Assembly (NCBI GenBank): GCA_965198175.1 | Contig: OZ240245.1 | Coordinates: 2,912,001 to 2,976,000 of the forward strand | Origin: Candidatus Poribacteria bacterium | Lineage (GTDB): Bacteria; Poribacteria; WGA-4E; PCPOR2b | Reading direction: 5' to 3' | DNA: 64,000 nucleotides | Shown here: positions 1 to 10,766 of the stretch, in pieces | How the letters are laid out: each line of letters begins with the position of its first letter | Position numbering within the stretch: the stretch's first letter is position 1 | Notes under the pieces: generated by a model | What the model was told of the DNA's origin: nothing | The model's database searches: none | Seen by the model: the letters and a program-made list of their open reading frames with translations, nothing else | Translations under genes and position numbers: made by a program

Positions 1-1512
1 GCGATCCACCATTTCTGCAAACAAGAAGCCATTGACCAAGTGGTGCGCGTAGGCAGGCAGGTCGTGCTCATTTGTACCGAGTTGCAACGGTATTCGACCA
101 TCATCCAGTTGATAAGCTGCGATTGCACGGAGTGTCCCCTGTCTTAGTTCGGGGAAGAAATAGGTAATTGCGAAATCGCCCCAAAAGGCTTGACAAATCA
201 CCTCTCGCAAAGGCATCGTCCGAGCAGCTTCGACGAGGGTCAGCAGTCCGTCTCGCGGATCCGCGCCGGGGAGACGTATGTAGGAGCTGTCCTTGGTTAT
301 CAGGTGAAAGATGTTTACGAGCGCGTCCCGCAAGTAAACCGGCAGCGCCTCCTCGCAATAGATTACCTCCTGCCAGCCGAGCACACACTCCAGCAAGGAC
401 GCATGCTTATTCGCCAAGTGCTCGACAACCTCTAGCGAACTCTTGAAGTGTGTATGGTACATATTGATTGTGCGTGTCTTAGGCCAATACGGTGCGTACC
501 ACGACAACACAAACCGAACCGTTTTCGTTTCCCCTGGATGGAGTGTGAAGTCCACCGCGACGGAGCTTCCCGGCTTGTCAGATTCCCACTGCGGCAAGCT
601 GTCCGCAATGGAAGCCCATGCGTCACCATCTGTACCTAACGCTCCACCGCTGCGAACTTGATCAGACCCCACGACGCCCAAGGCATAACCGAACGGCACC
701 CAAGTTTCAGACACCGGATATCCGCCGGGAAATGTATCCTCCGAATTAGGTCCAGGCCAACCGCTTGACCACGCAGTGACCGCCATCCCGCGAATGCGGC
801 TTGTGATATCTTCACGCTGAAAATCAGCGGCGCCTTGGCTCTCCTTCTCGTCCGGACCAGGGAAACTGAACGCAATCGCACCGCTCTGTGCGCGTTCGCT
901 CGTATTGCGGAGGCGCACCTCGAAAACGGCTCCGGGTATGTTCGATTTCGCTGCATCTCCGGGGATGAAGGGCGTCCAAGCGCGCAATCCGACACGGATG
1001 GGTGCATCAAGTTCGTATTCTAAATCCGCGACTGGGTAGTGTCCCCAATAGTGAATCTGCTGAGCGCCCTCTACGCCATCCGGAGCGTCTAGACTGAGTA
1101 CGTAGCTTTTGTCTCCCAACGCTAGACCTAGGAAGGGCAAATCGACATTACGAGTCTGAGGAACGGGCGTTGTCCACCAGTTCAACTTTGCCCCAGTTTC
1201 CGGGTTGACCAGATTGTTGTAGAGAGACCAGCCACCGAGACGCCCGTCAAGCCGCAACGTCACATAGCCAGTGCCAATGCCTCCTAGTGGCACACCGCAT
1301 TCTCGAATTAACGGCCAGTGCGCTTTGTGGGATGCTGTAATTTCGGGATTGCTGAATCCGGTATATGGGACGCCGCCGCCGTTACGGTAAATCACGCCCA
1401 CCACCGGTTGAGAGAATCCATGGGCATGGAATGTCCGCCATTGCCGTTCGGGCAAGTCTATGGGAAATAGATCGTGATCGTGCGAAATCGGATGGGTAGA
1501 GGAGACCCTCAT
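1..1512 (-). CDS. GH116-family glycoside hydrolase (non-lysosomal glucosylceramidase-like), 5' part; runs off the left edge
   Basis: Not in the ORF track. Hand translation from ATG at 1512 (minus strand) gives MRVSSTHP...GVPLGGIGTGYVTLRLDG...YWGHYPVADLEYE...AWTPFIPGDAAKSNIPGAVFEV, the GH116 N-terminal signatures. Confidence 0.8.
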   Translation of the reverse strand, partial: MRVSSTHPISHDHDLFPIDLPERQWRTFHAHGFSQPVVGVIYRNGGGVPYTGFSNPEITASHKAHWPLIRECGVPLGGIGTGYVTLRLDGRLGGWSLYNNLVNPETGAKLNWWTTPVPQTRNVDLPFLGLALGDKSYVLSLDAPDGVEGAQQIHYWGHYPVADLEYELDAPIRVGLRAWTPFIPGDAAKSNIPGAVFEVRLRNTSERAQSGAIAFSFPGPDEKESQGAADFQREDITSRIRGMAVTAWSSGWPGPNSEDTFPGGYPVSETWVPFGYALGVVGSDQVRSGGALGTDGDAWASIADSLPQWESDKPGSSVAVDFTLHPGETKTVRFVLSWYAPYWPKTRTINMYHTHFKSSLEVVEHLANKHASLLECVLGWQEVIYCEEALPVYLRDALVNIFHLITKDSSYIRLPGADPRDGLLTLVEAARTMPLREVICQAFWGDFAITYFFPELRQGTLRAIAAYQLDDGRIPLQLGTNEHDLPAYAHHLVNGFLFAEMVDR

Positions 1513-1576
1513 ACTTAACTCCTGTTAGAGATTTGGTGAGTTAAAATTGCGTTTTTGCTCAAATAAGTATGAGGCG

Positions 1577-1605
1577 ATTATAGCATCATTCCAGATTCCG
1601 GTCAA
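1577..1605 (-). promoter_or_regulatory. sigma70-type promoter for the GH116 gene
   Basis: Minus strand reads TTGACC-17 nt-TATAAT with a TG extended -10. Confidence 0.65.
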
Positions 1606-1810
1606 GAACAATGCTGTGAATCGTTCTCAATCAAGAACCGCGTCCATCACAACCACAAACCGTTGAATCTCCCATTCACAGATTGCCCTGCTGTAATAGA
1701 ACCATTCAAAGCAGCAGACAACTTCCCCGTTTTCATTTTTCTCTTGACAATTCGGAAGACGTGTGAAATCATATGGCTTTTTGGCGTATCATTTGAGAGG
1801 AGACAATTCT

Positions 1811-2155
1811 ATGGAAATAAATGTTCGTGATAATCAAGGCGTTACAGTGTTTGACCTCAATGGAAGGATTATCGGCGCTGATAGTACTCAACTCAAGCAA
1901 GCGATAGACGAATTAATTGCCAAAACGGACACACCGAAGCTGCTGTTCAATCTATCCGGGGTCTCAATGCTAGATAGTACCGGTCTAGGTACCTTGGTCG
2001 GATCCCACCTGTCTGCATCACGAAAAGGGGGGCGTATCGGCATTATCAATGTTGCGGAAGGTGCGCAGAGCATATTGATCATTGCCAAATTGGTCTCAGT
2101 GTTGGAGCGCTTCGAGTCGGAAGCAGAAGCGATTGAATCTCTATCGTCCAGTTAA
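1811..2155 (+). CDS. STAS-domain anti-sigma factor antagonist
   Basis: MEINVRD...LFNLSGVSMLDSTGLGTLV (phospho-Ser DS motif); RBS GAGGAG upstream of ATG 1811. Confidence 0.9.
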   Translation: MEINVRDNQGVTVFDLNGRIIGADSTQLKQAIDELIAKTDTPKLLFNLSGVSMLDSTGLGTLVGSHLSASRKGGRIGIINVAEGAQSILIIAKLVSVLERFESEAEAIESLSSS

Positions 2156-2336
2156 AGCGCTTTTCCCGACCCATCTTGCTACCAGTGTTTCACTCCTACA
2201 ACACAGCTTGGTGGGAACCCCAAATGCTCAAGAGGATGGAAATCTCACGTGTAAGTCCACAGGGCTGCGATTGCAATATCTACAGAAGGAATTGACCGCT
2301 CCAAATTCCACAGAAGCTGGCCAAGATTTGGAATCT

Positions 2337-2978
2337 CTAAATATTCATCCCCCACTCGAGTTGTTCGTTTTTCAAATAGGGCAAGAGTAGCATTTGAAGA
2401 CGTCGATGAGCATGGTGTAGATGCGCTTTTATCGTGCCTTCAGATCTGTCCAACCGCGCGGCAATTTCCTTCAACTGTAGACCTTCCTGATAACGGAGGT
2501 TAAAGACACGTTGTTGTCCGGGCGGAAGCTGGCTGACCGCTCTCCCGATAATCTGTCCGAGTTCTTTGGATTCGGCTTGGTCGGGTGGTAGTGGACTGGA
2601 ATCGTTGAACATGTACTCCTCATCGGTTGCGGACGGCGATGTATCAATCGGTAAGATCTGGATGCGCTTCTGTTGGCGAATGAAATCAATGCACAAATTG
2701 GTCGCGATTCGATAAAGCCAGCTATAAAATGCCGCCTGTTTTTTGAACTGGGGTAGCGCTTGAAATGCTTTGATAAATATATCCTGGCAGAGATCGCTCG
2801 CTGATTCGGGATTGGGGACATATTTGTAAACGAGATTATAAATTCTACCTTGGTACCTTATAACAAGTTCGTTGAATACTTCCTTCTCGCCTTTCTGAAA
2901 TCGGTCGATTAGCGCGCTTTCGTTAATAGCAGAATCTCTCAAATCGATTGATGGGATGCCGCTATGTTTCTTAGCCAT
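2337..2978 (-). CDS. ECF-type sigma-70 factor
   Basis: Region 2 (DLCQDIFIKAF, FYSWLYRIATN) and region 4 (LKEIAARLDRSEGTIKAHLHHA). Confidence 0.9.
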   Translation of the reverse strand: MAKKHSGIPSIDLRDSAINESALIDRFQKGEKEVFNELVIRYQGRIYNLVYKYVPNPESASDLCQDIFIKAFQALPQFKKQAAFYSWLYRIATNLCIDFIRQQKRIQILPIDTSPSATDEEYMFNDSSPLPPDQAESKELGQIIGRAVSQLPPGQQRVFNLRYQEGLQLKEIAARLDRSEGTIKAHLHHAHRRLQMLLLPYLKNEQLEWGMNI

Positions 2979-3228
2979 ATCGGTCCCCCTCCCCTGAGCA
3001 TTAGGTAATTCGCTTCATCTAACAAATTGATTGAGGTGCGCATAACATTTCTCTGCCTTAAACCTATACACGGCGATCTCTTCAAATAGTTCCATTTTTT
3101 TTCGATACTGTTTCTCCTGACAACGGGTAATATTTTTACGATTGTAAATGCAAATGTGTTGAACCGTTACGATTGTCCAGGTTGCTGGTATCTGCTAGGA
3201 CACCACGCGCCACAACATTCTTTATGCC

Positions 3229-4650
3229 ATGCGCCGATATAGTATTCAAACCAAAATTATCGTGCCATTCACGGTTTTTTCTACCATCGTCGTTTGCGGT
3301 GTTGCGTTCATCATGATTGCCCAGTTCAATCGAAAATACGATGAGCAATATAGCCGTGAGACAAAAGAATGGTTGGACGTAATTGTGCGCACTGGCTATA
3401 TTGACGATCCAGAGAAGGTCAAAGACGCATATGGTGCCGAAGTCATGGTATTTAGCTCGCATAATAACCTAAATATCACAACCTTGACGGACGAGCTGTC
3501 AGATGAAGATTTGGAGAACTTAACGGTGAACATGAAACTGCGTGAAGCACGAAAACAAATCGAGAATTCAGAATCCGATCTCGTTCTCCAGAATGTGACC
3601 GTTGGCGGAAAGCCGTACAAAGCTATCTATTATTTACAGCCTCTTAATCGGTTGTACTGCTTCATGCGTCCAATGGATAAGATCGCTGCCGCAGAGCGTG
3701 ACGCGACTATATGGATGTTGGGAATCACAGGCGTTGTCATCTTATTAGTTGCGGTCATCAGTCATTTTATTGGCAGACATTTAGCAAACCCTATCAAGAC
3801 TCTAGCACGATTCACTCAGCAGGTTGCCGAAGGCAACTTAGAGGGGCAGTGTGAAGTAAAAACGCACGACGAAATTGGAGATTTGGCATCTGCATTTAAT
3901 CAGATGACACGAGATCTACGGAATTCTCGAAATGAACTGATACATGCGGAACGCCTCGCTACCGCCGGGAAAATGGCAGCCTCATTTGCGCACGAAATTC
4001 GGAATCCGCTCTCATCAATGCGCATGGTCGCGCAGATGTTGGTGCGGAAACAAGAGCCATCGGAGGAAAAACTAAAGCAGTCCGTGAAGCATATCCTGGA
4101 AGAGATTCAACGGATTGATGTCATTGTCAAAGGGTTGATGGATTTTGCTCGCCCAGCGTCGCTTGAACTTGCGCCGCAGAACCTGAATAGCGCCTTGCAA
4201 GCGGTGCTGAATCTGATGCAAGCCAACCTCAACCACCATCAAATTGCATTGGTTAAGAAATTCGACGTTCATCTCCCCACCATTCGGTTCGATTTGGATA
4301 AGTTTAAGCAAGCGTTTATGAACATCGTGTTGAACGCAATGGACGCCATGCCGGAGGGAGGAACCTTGACAATCCTGACGTTGCACGATTCGGACGCCAT
4401 TCGCATTGATGTTGTAGACACGGGCGTTGGCATCCCTACGGAGGACATGAATCGGTTGTTCGAGCCCTTCTTTACAACAAAGTCTCAGGGGACCGGGCTT
4501 GGACTAGCAAATGCAAAGCGTGTTTTCGAGGAACACGGTGGGAGGGTACAAATCAACAGTGTCGTTGGAAGCGGAACAACGGTATCGTTGTGGATGCCGT
4601 TGTCAACTATCAAATCACAGGGAGCGGAAAATCGTGAAAAATACCCTTGA
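3229..4650 (+). CDS. HAMP-domain sensor histidine kinase (NtrB/AtoS-like)
   Basis: Two TM segments, HAMP, H-box AHEIRNPL, N-box, DTGVG, FFTTK, GTGLGL. Confidence 0.92.
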   Translation: MRRYSIQTKIIVPFTVFSTIVVCGVAFIMIAQFNRKYDEQYSRETKEWLDVIVRTGYIDDPEKVKDAYGAEVMVFSSHNNLNITTLTDELSDEDLENLTVNMKLREARKQIENSESDLVLQNVTVGGKPYKAIYYLQPLNRLYCFMRPMDKIAAAERDATIWMLGITGVVILLVAVISHFIGRHLANPIKTLARFTQQVAEGNLEGQCEVKTHDEIGDLASAFNQMTRDLRNSRNELIHAERLATAGKMAASFAHEIRNPLSSMRMVAQMLVRKQEPSEEKLKQSVKHILEEIQRIDVIVKGLMDFARPASLELAPQNLNSALQAVLNLMQANLNHHQIALVKKFDVHLPTIRFDLDKFKQAFMNIVLNAMDAMPEGGTLTILTLHDSDAIRIDVVDTGVGIPTEDMNRLFEPFFTTKSQGTGLGLANAKRVFEEHGGRVQINSVVGSGTTVSLWMPLSTIKSQGAENREKYP

Positions 4651-4713
4651 GGTGGCGAGGCATCGGAATACGACCGTCATCACGGGGTCCGCGACTGCTA
4701 AGATGAGGAAACT

Positions 4714-5334
4714 ATGAGCCAACAAAAAGCAACAAATGTCACCTGGTATGAAGGAGCCATTTCACAGGTAGCAAGAGAAAACCTTCTCGGTCAGAGTGGG
4801 TGTGTTCTCTGGTTTACAGGGCTCTCCGGTTCCGGGAAGTCCACACTCGCGCATGAAGTGGAAAATGCGCTATATCAGCGTGGACATCTAACTTACGTTC
4901 TTGATGGCGACAATGTCCGTCACGGCTTGAACAAAAATCTCGGGTTTTCGCCTGAAGATCGCGCGGAAAATATCCGCCGTATCGGTGAAGTTGCAAAGTT
5001 GTTTGTCGATGCTGGCGTCATTGTAATGACAGCTTTCATTTCACCCTATCATGTCGACCGGGACAACGCACGAGCGCTGATTCATGAAAGTCGATTCGTC
5101 GAAGTTTTTATTAATTGTGCGCTAGGGGTCTGCGAAGAACGCGACACGAAAGGGCTATATAAGCGCGCGCGCGCCGGTGAAATCAAGGAATTCACTGGAA
5201 TTAGCGCGCCATACGAACCTCCAATTCGTCCCGAACTCACATTGAATACGGATACACAAGGCATAGCAGAATGCACGCAACTAATACTTGATTTCCTTGA
5301 GCAAAAGAAATTGGTCCCCAAGGAAGCGGGGTAG
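4714..5334 (+). CDS. cysC: adenylyl-sulfate kinase
   Basis: WFTGLSGSGKST, LDGDNVRHGL, FTGISAPYEPP. Confidence 0.95.
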   Translation: MSQQKATNVTWYEGAISQVARENLLGQSGCVLWFTGLSGSGKSTLAHEVENALYQRGHLTYVLDGDNVRHGLNKNLGFSPEDRAENIRRIGEVAKLFVDAGVIVMTAFISPYHVDRDNARALIHESRFVEVFINCALGVCEERDTKGLYKRARAGEIKEFTGISAPYEPPIRPELTLNTDTQGIAECTQLILDFLEQKKLVPKEAG

Positions 5335-5496
5335 TCCGCACGTTTGTATTGCAGAGCTTGAAACGTATACAGACACCTGTTCCTGAATTTGCCGACCTAA
5401 TTCGCTTGTTCAATCTATATCGCGGTCATAAACGTCTATTTGATCCTTGCATGGCGGTTTTTCATTATTAACCACATTAAAGCAATCGCCGACAAC

Positions 5497-5585
5497 AAAA
5501 AAAGGCATCTACTCTTGCCGCATCGCATGCTTCACTGCTCTCTACTTGATGAGAGATTGACATACGATGTGACAAGCAGATGCCT
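5497..5585 (-). terminator. unusually long intrinsic terminator hairpin downstream of rpsU
   Basis: Minus strand AGGCATCTGC...GTAGATGCCT closes an approximately 83-nt imperfect stem, followed by T7. Confidence 0.6.
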
Positions 5586-5676
5586 CTCAATTCTGCATTC
5601 TCTTAAAACGAATCCGTCAGTACGATGAGTCCTACGACCGAGCGAATGGGTGCGTCAGCGAAATTTAAATTGTCGC

Positions 5677-5874
5677 TTACCGATGGTCATGATTGTTACG
5701 GGATTTGAGCTTTCGCTGCCGTTTCAATTCCAGCCGTCGCCGCTTTTCGCTCGGCTTTTCATAGAAGCTGCGCTTCTTAATTTCTGTGACGATGCCTGCC
5801 TTACCACATATTTTCTTAAATCGGGCGAGGGCTCTGTCAAATGTTTCATCTGGACCAACCGTGACTTGAATCAT
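5677..5874 (-). CDS. rpsU: 30S ribosomal protein S21
   Basis: ALARFKK...EIKKRSFYEKPSEKRRR. Confidence 0.95.
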   Translation of the reverse strand: MIQVTVGPDETFDRALARFKKICGKAGIVTEIKKRSFYEKPSEKRRRLELKRQRKLKSRNNHDHR

Positions 5875-6020
5875 ATATTTAATCTACCCTTCCTTCCGAT
5901 ACTCAGCCTTTAGTATCTAGGCGCAATAACGCACCCTATAAGTCTTTCGAACAGCGACGCTACCTGACGACCTAGCACAAAATTCCAAGCTTAAATTTTG
6001 GTTTTAAAATGTAATGTCCT

Positions 6021-6049
6021 ATTATACCAAGTTGCCCTAATTTTCTCAA
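6021..6049 (-). promoter_or_regulatory. sigma70-type promoter for rpsU
   Basis: Minus strand TTGAGA-17 nt-TATAAT with a TG extended -10. Confidence 0.65.
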
Positions 6050-6158
6050 TACAAAAATGCGACCTCGGGGCGAATTTCGAAATAAAACCTGAGAATTCCT
6101 TAGCTTCAGGACTTGTGTAAAGGGCTGAAACTCTGCTTTGGGGCAGGTTATATCGAAA

Positions 6159-7142
6159 ATGAACGTACATTCTCAAGCACCTATTGACCTCGATCAGATT
6201 CAACGCATCTTGATTCTTCGTATGGGTCCCCTTGGCGAAACCATCCTGACGACACCCGTCATTCGGACGCTGCGGACCCGTTTCCCAAAGGCGTACATCG
6301 CCTACATGGTCGCACCGAACCGAGAACAACTCGTCTCCGCAAATCCAAATCTTGACGAGGTCATCACTTACGAAATTTGCGTACCAAAGCTGGTTTATGG
6401 TATAATGAAGCGGGCGTTTCAGATGGCGGTCGTCCTACAACCGACGTTTCGTTTGGTGCTGCACACATTTCTTGCGCGTATCCCCTTTCGAGTCGGTTTT
6501 GAGACCAATTGTTGCAGCGGAAGACTGCTGCATGTCGCCGTGCCCAATAACACCAATCAACACGAAACCCGCCGCTATCTCGATGTTGTCCGTGGAATAG
6601 GTATCCAGCCGGATAGCGACGAACCGGAGATGTTCGTTGATGATGAGGCACAGCGATGGGCTGACGATTTCCTAGCGAAATTCAGAATCGACCCCAACCG
6701 CCCGGTAATTGGGCTTAATCCCGGCACAGGGTCGGTTTCTCGTCGATGGTCGAAACTGGGGTTTGCAAAAATTGGAGATTTACTGCATCGGAATCATAAT
6801 GCACAAATTTTAATCACGGCGGGACCTCGTGAAGGTTCGCTGCCATACGAACTAGCCGATCTGATGGATTGCTCCCCAATCATCCTCACCGGTACAACGC
6901 CCATGCAACTAGGTGCAATCATGCAACAGTGTCATCTTTTCATCAGCAACGACACCGGACCCATGCACATGAGTACAGCGGTCAAAACGCCGACGATTGC
7001 GCTGTTCGGCTCGTCGAATCCCGCGCGGTGGGGACCGCTCTGGCACCAACATACGATAATTGCGCGAAAGAGTATGGACGAGATTGCTGTCCATGACGTG
7101 TTGCTAGCGGCGGAGAAACACCTGGCGAATGACGATCGTTAA
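6159..7142 (+). CDS. glycosyltransferase family 9 (LPS heptosyltransferase-like)
   Basis: RILILRMGPLGETILTTP, FISNDTGPMH, TIALFG; ATG 6159 preferred over TTG 6138. Confidence 0.88.
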   Translation: MNVHSQAPIDLDQIQRILILRMGPLGETILTTPVIRTLRTRFPKAYIAYMVAPNREQLVSANPNLDEVITYEICVPKLVYGIMKRAFQMAVVLQPTFRLVLHTFLARIPFRVGFETNCCSGRLLHVAVPNNTNQHETRRYLDVVRGIGIQPDSDEPEMFVDDEAQRWADDFLAKFRIDPNRPVIGLNPGTGSVSRRWSKLGFAKIGDLLHRNHNAQILITAGPREGSLPYELADLMDCSPIILTGTTPMQLGAIMQQCHLFISNDTGPMHMSTAVKTPTIALFGSSNPARWGPLWHQHTIIARKSMDEIAVHDVLLAAEKHLANDDR

Positions 7143-7172
7143 AGTCCACGGTATCAATGAGAAGGAGAGGTC

Positions 7173-8636
7173 ATGCACACCGAAATCCAAAATGGTCCTG
7201 AGCGGATTATCGAAAATCGCCTATCCGCAATTCGGCGGCGAATGCAGTTGAACCTTCTCTTGAGCAGACTAGTACGCATCGGGTTCTGGGGGCTCGTCGT
7301 TGCTGGGGTCCTGCTAATCATAAATCGATTTACCCCATTACCGTTTCCCATCAGTTTAGCCGTTCTGATTCCCATCGTCACCGCGTTCGCCGCAGCGATT
7401 TGCCTCTCTCTGTCGCGAAGTGCAGATCTTTTCGCAGTGGCGCGCAGCGTAGACAGGCACTTAAATTTGAAGGAACGTCTCAGCACCGCCCTTGAAGCCA
7501 TCCAACGCGCAAATTCAGACGACGACTTTTTCCGCTTGCAGATTAAAGATGCAGGGCATGTTGCCCAGACAATTGTACCGGCAGCCTCCTTTCCTTACAC
7601 GTTACCGTTGATGCTCAGGTGGATCCCAATCGCACTCTTGCTAATTGCATCCGCATTTGTGATCCCCCAAATGTATGAAACGCCTCCCCCGCCGACCGCA
7701 GCCGAGCGAGATGCCATCGATCAAGCAGCGGAAGCGCTCGAATCAGCACAGTTAAGCGGGTTTAGTGAACTCGCGAGACAGATGCGGGACACCATCAAGG
7801 GATTGCGGAAAAAAGACATTGATGCCAATCAGTCACAGGCTAAACTCAGCAAGCTGCGTGATGTAGTCCGCACCAAAAAAATTCAAGTTCAAGGTGGGAT
7901 GGATAACCTCACGAAGTCGGTTTCCGAAGCGGACGAACAATCCAAATATATCAAGGGGCGCACCGCGAGCGAAATCGCATCCGATTTAGAAAAACTTGCT
8001 AATCAGCTCGAAGGACTTACACCCCAACAACGGAGGGAGTTGGAAATATCACTCAAGAAAATTGCCCAGCGGCTAAGTGAAAATCCCGCTTTTGAAGGTT
8101 TGACAAATCAGTTAGCGGAACTTCAGACGAAAGCGGTCAGTGCCGAGATGCTTCAGCGAATCGCGCGTTTACTCAATCGTAGCGCGAACGAAGCTGACCA
8201 GCTTGAGAGGATTTTGGAGCAAATCAAGACGAACCGCAGTAATATCGCGTTAGCCGGCATCGACATGGATCTCAAAAAGAGAGGCGTTGCGACCAGCGGA
8301 AGTGGATCAGGCGATGATTCGGATACATCGGAGTCACAAAAGACGATAAGTGACAAGAAGCCTCCGCCAATCAGCCCACCGTCGGATGAATCCCAAACCG
8401 ATCTCGAACTCGCAGGTCCCCCCTCCGACTCGCAGGAGTTCGCGCAGGTCTACATTGAGGAAGACCCAACCAGCGAAGGTGAACCCACCTACATGTCCTA
8501 CCGCGAGGTCTATCTCCACGCGCAACAGGCGTACGCCCAAGCGATAGAAAGAGATGAGATTCCCCTGAAGTATCGGGAACAAGTTAAGGCTTATCTAGAA
8601 GCCGTCGCGAATCTGGATAGAAAAGATTCCAAATAA
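7173..8636 (+). CDS. membrane protein with long coiled coil and acidic tail, function unknown
   Basis: Three hydrophobic segments, LKERLSTALE motif, C-terminal IPLKYREQVKAY; RBS GGAGAGG. Confidence 0.7.
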   Translation: MHTEIQNGPERIIENRLSAIRRRMQLNLLLSRLVRIGFWGLVVAGVLLIINRFTPLPFPISLAVLIPIVTAFAAAICLSLSRSADLFAVARSVDRHLNLKERLSTALEAIQRANSDDDFFRLQIKDAGHVAQTIVPAASFPYTLPLMLRWIPIALLLIASAFVIPQMYETPPPPTAAERDAIDQAAEALESAQLSGFSELARQMRDTIKGLRKKDIDANQSQAKLSKLRDVVRTKKIQVQGGMDNLTKSVSEADEQSKYIKGRTASEIASDLEKLANQLEGLTPQQRRELEISLKKIAQRLSENPAFEGLTNQLAELQTKAVSAEMLQRIARLLNRSANEADQLERILEQIKTNRSNIALAGIDMDLKKRGVATSGSGSGDDSDTSESQKTISDKKPPPISPPSDESQTDLELAGPPSDSQEFAQVYIEEDPTSEGEPTYMSYREVYLHAQQAYAQAIERDEIPLKYREQVKAYLEAVANLDRKDSK

Positions 8637-8647
8637 GTAGATAAGAC

Positions 8648-8845
8648 GTAGGTTGGGTTGAGATCGACTGAGCGATCAAGCGAACGAATAGTGAGTGCGA
8701 TAGTTCTTCATTGCGATTGTAGGCGATAGTTTTTTCCGAAACCCAACAATCAACCGAGTGAATAACGAGGGATCAAGCAAGCGAATAGTGCGCGCGATAG
8801 TCTTCACTACACGATATTAGCCCCCAGTTTTTCCGAAACCCAACA
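8648..8845. repeat. REP-like GTAGGTTGGGTT...GAAACCCAAC element with an imperfect 75-bp tandem duplication
   Basis: Units 8674-8748 and 8771-8845 both start GATCAAGC and end TTTTTCCGAAACCCAACA; GTTGGGTT 8652-8659 is complementary to AACCCAAC. Confidence 0.7.
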
Positions 8846-8936
8846 CTATTCTTTCCGCATGAAATTTCGCTTTTTGCAAAAACTTGTAATGGTCAAGAAG
8901 GTGTTTTACGCACGTTCCTGCTTCCAGCGAAAAATC

Positions 8937-8964
8937 CTCCCCCTTGCTAAGGGGGAGCGAGAGG
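8937..8964. repeat. REP-like palindrome CTCCCCCTTGCTAAGGGGGAG (intact copy)
   Basis: Hairpin; its reverse complement is identical (28/28) to the reconstructed empty site at 15713-16034. Confidence 0.75.
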
Positions 8965-9153
8965 GGGTGGGTGCTTTGCACCCCTGCCAAATTCTATAAC
9001 TGGACTAACTTTGGAAATCTAGACCAAGTGAGACATCGTCGTCAGCGTTTACCATCCCCGTGACAAATACAGTTTTTGCAAAAACTCTGCAAAATATGGT
9101 AAAATTCATGGCAACGCTTCTTGGATGCAGATTTAAATCGCGGAGGTTTTTGC

Positions 9154-10713
9154 GTGAACACCAACCTAAATGAAATCGAACGCCGCCTGTGGAGCGCCGC
9201 CGATGAACTCCGAGCCAATTCCAGGCTCCGACCATCCGAATATTCAACACCGGTCCTCGGTCTGATTTTTCTACGGTATGCAGACCACAAATTCACACAA
9301 ACAGAACTCGAAATCAGCCGCGAACCGACGCCCGGGCGGCGCAGACGCACCGACAAGACCGAATTTCAGGCGCGCGGCGCCTTCTACCTTCCTGAAACCG
9401 CGCGATTCCAGCATCTGCTCAGTCTGCCGGAAAGTGAAAACATCGGGCAAGCCATCAACGACGCCATGAGGGCAATTGAGACGGAAAACAGACAGGTTGA
9501 CGGCGTCCTACCCAAGACCTATAACCGACTCGAAAAGTCCACCCTTCTTGAACTACTCCGCATCATGGAACAGATACCAATGGACATAGAGGGCGACGCC
9601 TTCGGCAAAGTCTACGAATATTTTCTCGGAAACTTCGCCATGACCGAAGGTGCACGCGGCGGCGAGTTCTTCACACCCACCTCCCTCGTTAAGCTAATTG
9701 TCGAGATTATTGAGCCGTTCCAAGGACGAATCCTCGACCCCGCATGCGGTTCCGGCGGCATGTTTGTACAGAGCGCCGATTTTGTACAGAGACACCGTGA
9801 AAACGGCAACGGACAAATCAGTATCCACGGAATTGAACGCGTTGCGGAGACCATCCGCCTCTGCAAAATGAACCTCGCCGTGCACGGACTCGAAGGTGAC
9901 ATTAAGCGTGCCAATAGCTACTACGAGGACCCCCACCGCGCTTTCGAGAAGTTCGACTTCGTCATGGCGAATCCCCCGTTCAACGTCGATCGGGTCGACA
10001 GGGAACGCATCAAAGACGACCCCCGCTTCCCGTTTGGGATGCCGCGCGTTGACAACGCCAACTATCTCTGGATTCAGTTGTTTGCCAGTGCGCTCAACGC
10101 CTTCGGACGCGCAGGCTTCGTCATGGCGAACTCCGCCGCCGATGCCCGCGCTTCTGAGCTGGAAATCCGCAGGCAGATTATTGAATCCCGCGCCGTTGAT
10201 GTCATGGTCAGCATCTCCTCAAACTTCTTCTATACCGTCACGCTGCCCTGCACCCTCTGGTTTCTCGACAACGCCAAACGGCACGGCGATCGGGCGGATC
10301 AGGTGTTGTTCATTGACGCCCGCCACATTTACCAGCAGGTTAGTCGCGCGCACCGAGAATTCACGCCGCAGCAACTGGAGTTTCTCGCCAACATCGTCCG
10401 CCTCTACCGCGGGGGAGCGCCCGAAAACCGACACGATAGCGCAGAGTTGATGACTGCGAAATTCCCAGACGGAACCTACGTCGATGTGGCGGGGCTCTGT
10501 AAAGTCGCGGCAACTGCGGAAATCGAAGCGCAAGGCTGGAGCCTCAACCCGGGGCGCTACGTAGGCGTCGCCGATCGGGAGGCGGATGCGTTCGACTTCG
10601 CGGAACGGCTCGGAGAACTTAACGAGGAGCTAGAAGTCCTGAACGCCGAAGCACATCAACTTGAGGAGCGCATCGGCGAGAACGTCGCCATGATTTTGGA
10701 GGAGGCGACGTAA
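9154..10713 (+). CDS. hsdM: Type I R-M system methyltransferase subunit
   Basis: [30 protein letters not shown] before GTG 9154. Confidence 0.95.
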   Translation: MNTNLNEIERRLWSAADELRANSRLRPSEYSTPVLGLIFLRYADHKFTQTELEISREPTPGRRRRTDKTEFQARGAFYLPETARFQHLLSLPESENIGQAINDAMRAIETENRQVDGVLPKTYNRLEKSTLLELLRIMEQIPMDIEGDAFGKVYEYFLGNFAMTEGARGGEFFTPTSLVKLIVEIIEPFQGRILDPACGSGGMFVQSADFVQRHRENGNGQISIHGIERVAETIRLCKMNLAVHGLEGDIKRANSYYEDPHRAFEKFDFVMANPPFNVDRVDRERIKDDPRFPFGMPRVDNANYLWIQLFASALNAFGRAGFVMANSAADARASELEIRRQIIESRAVDVMVSISSNFFYTVTLPCTLWFLDNAKRHGDRADQVLFIDARHIYQQVSRAHREFTPQQLEFLANIVRLYRGGAPENRHDSAELMTAKFPDGTYVDVAGLCKVAATAEIEAQGWSLNPGRYVGVADREADAFDFAERLGELNEELEVLNAEAHQLEERIGENVAMILEEAT

Positions 10714-10731
10714 CTGGTCAGGAAAATACCC

Positions 10732-10760
10732 TTGACAACGTAAATCCATGCTGATATAAT
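10732..10760 (+). promoter_or_regulatory. perfect-consensus sigma70 promoter
   Basis: TTGACA (10732-10737), 17-nt spacer, TATAAT (10755-10760). Confidence 0.85.
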
Positions 10761-10766
10761 AATCAT

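Noticed and set aside
101..1023. Several short ORFs in the track on both strands
   Set aside because: Shadows of the minus-strand GH116 frame, which the track missed because it runs off the window
3229..4650. Pairing this kinase with the NtrC-type regulator at 40348-41775
   Set aside because: Compatible families, but 36 kb apart with no sequence evidence of cognate pairing
5497..5585. SRP (4.5S) RNA
   Set aside because: Lacks the conserved domain IV CAGG...GGAA...AGCAG arrangement
8674..8845. Possible CRISPR array
   Set aside because: Only two degenerate 75-bp units, no repeat-spacer pattern and no cas genes
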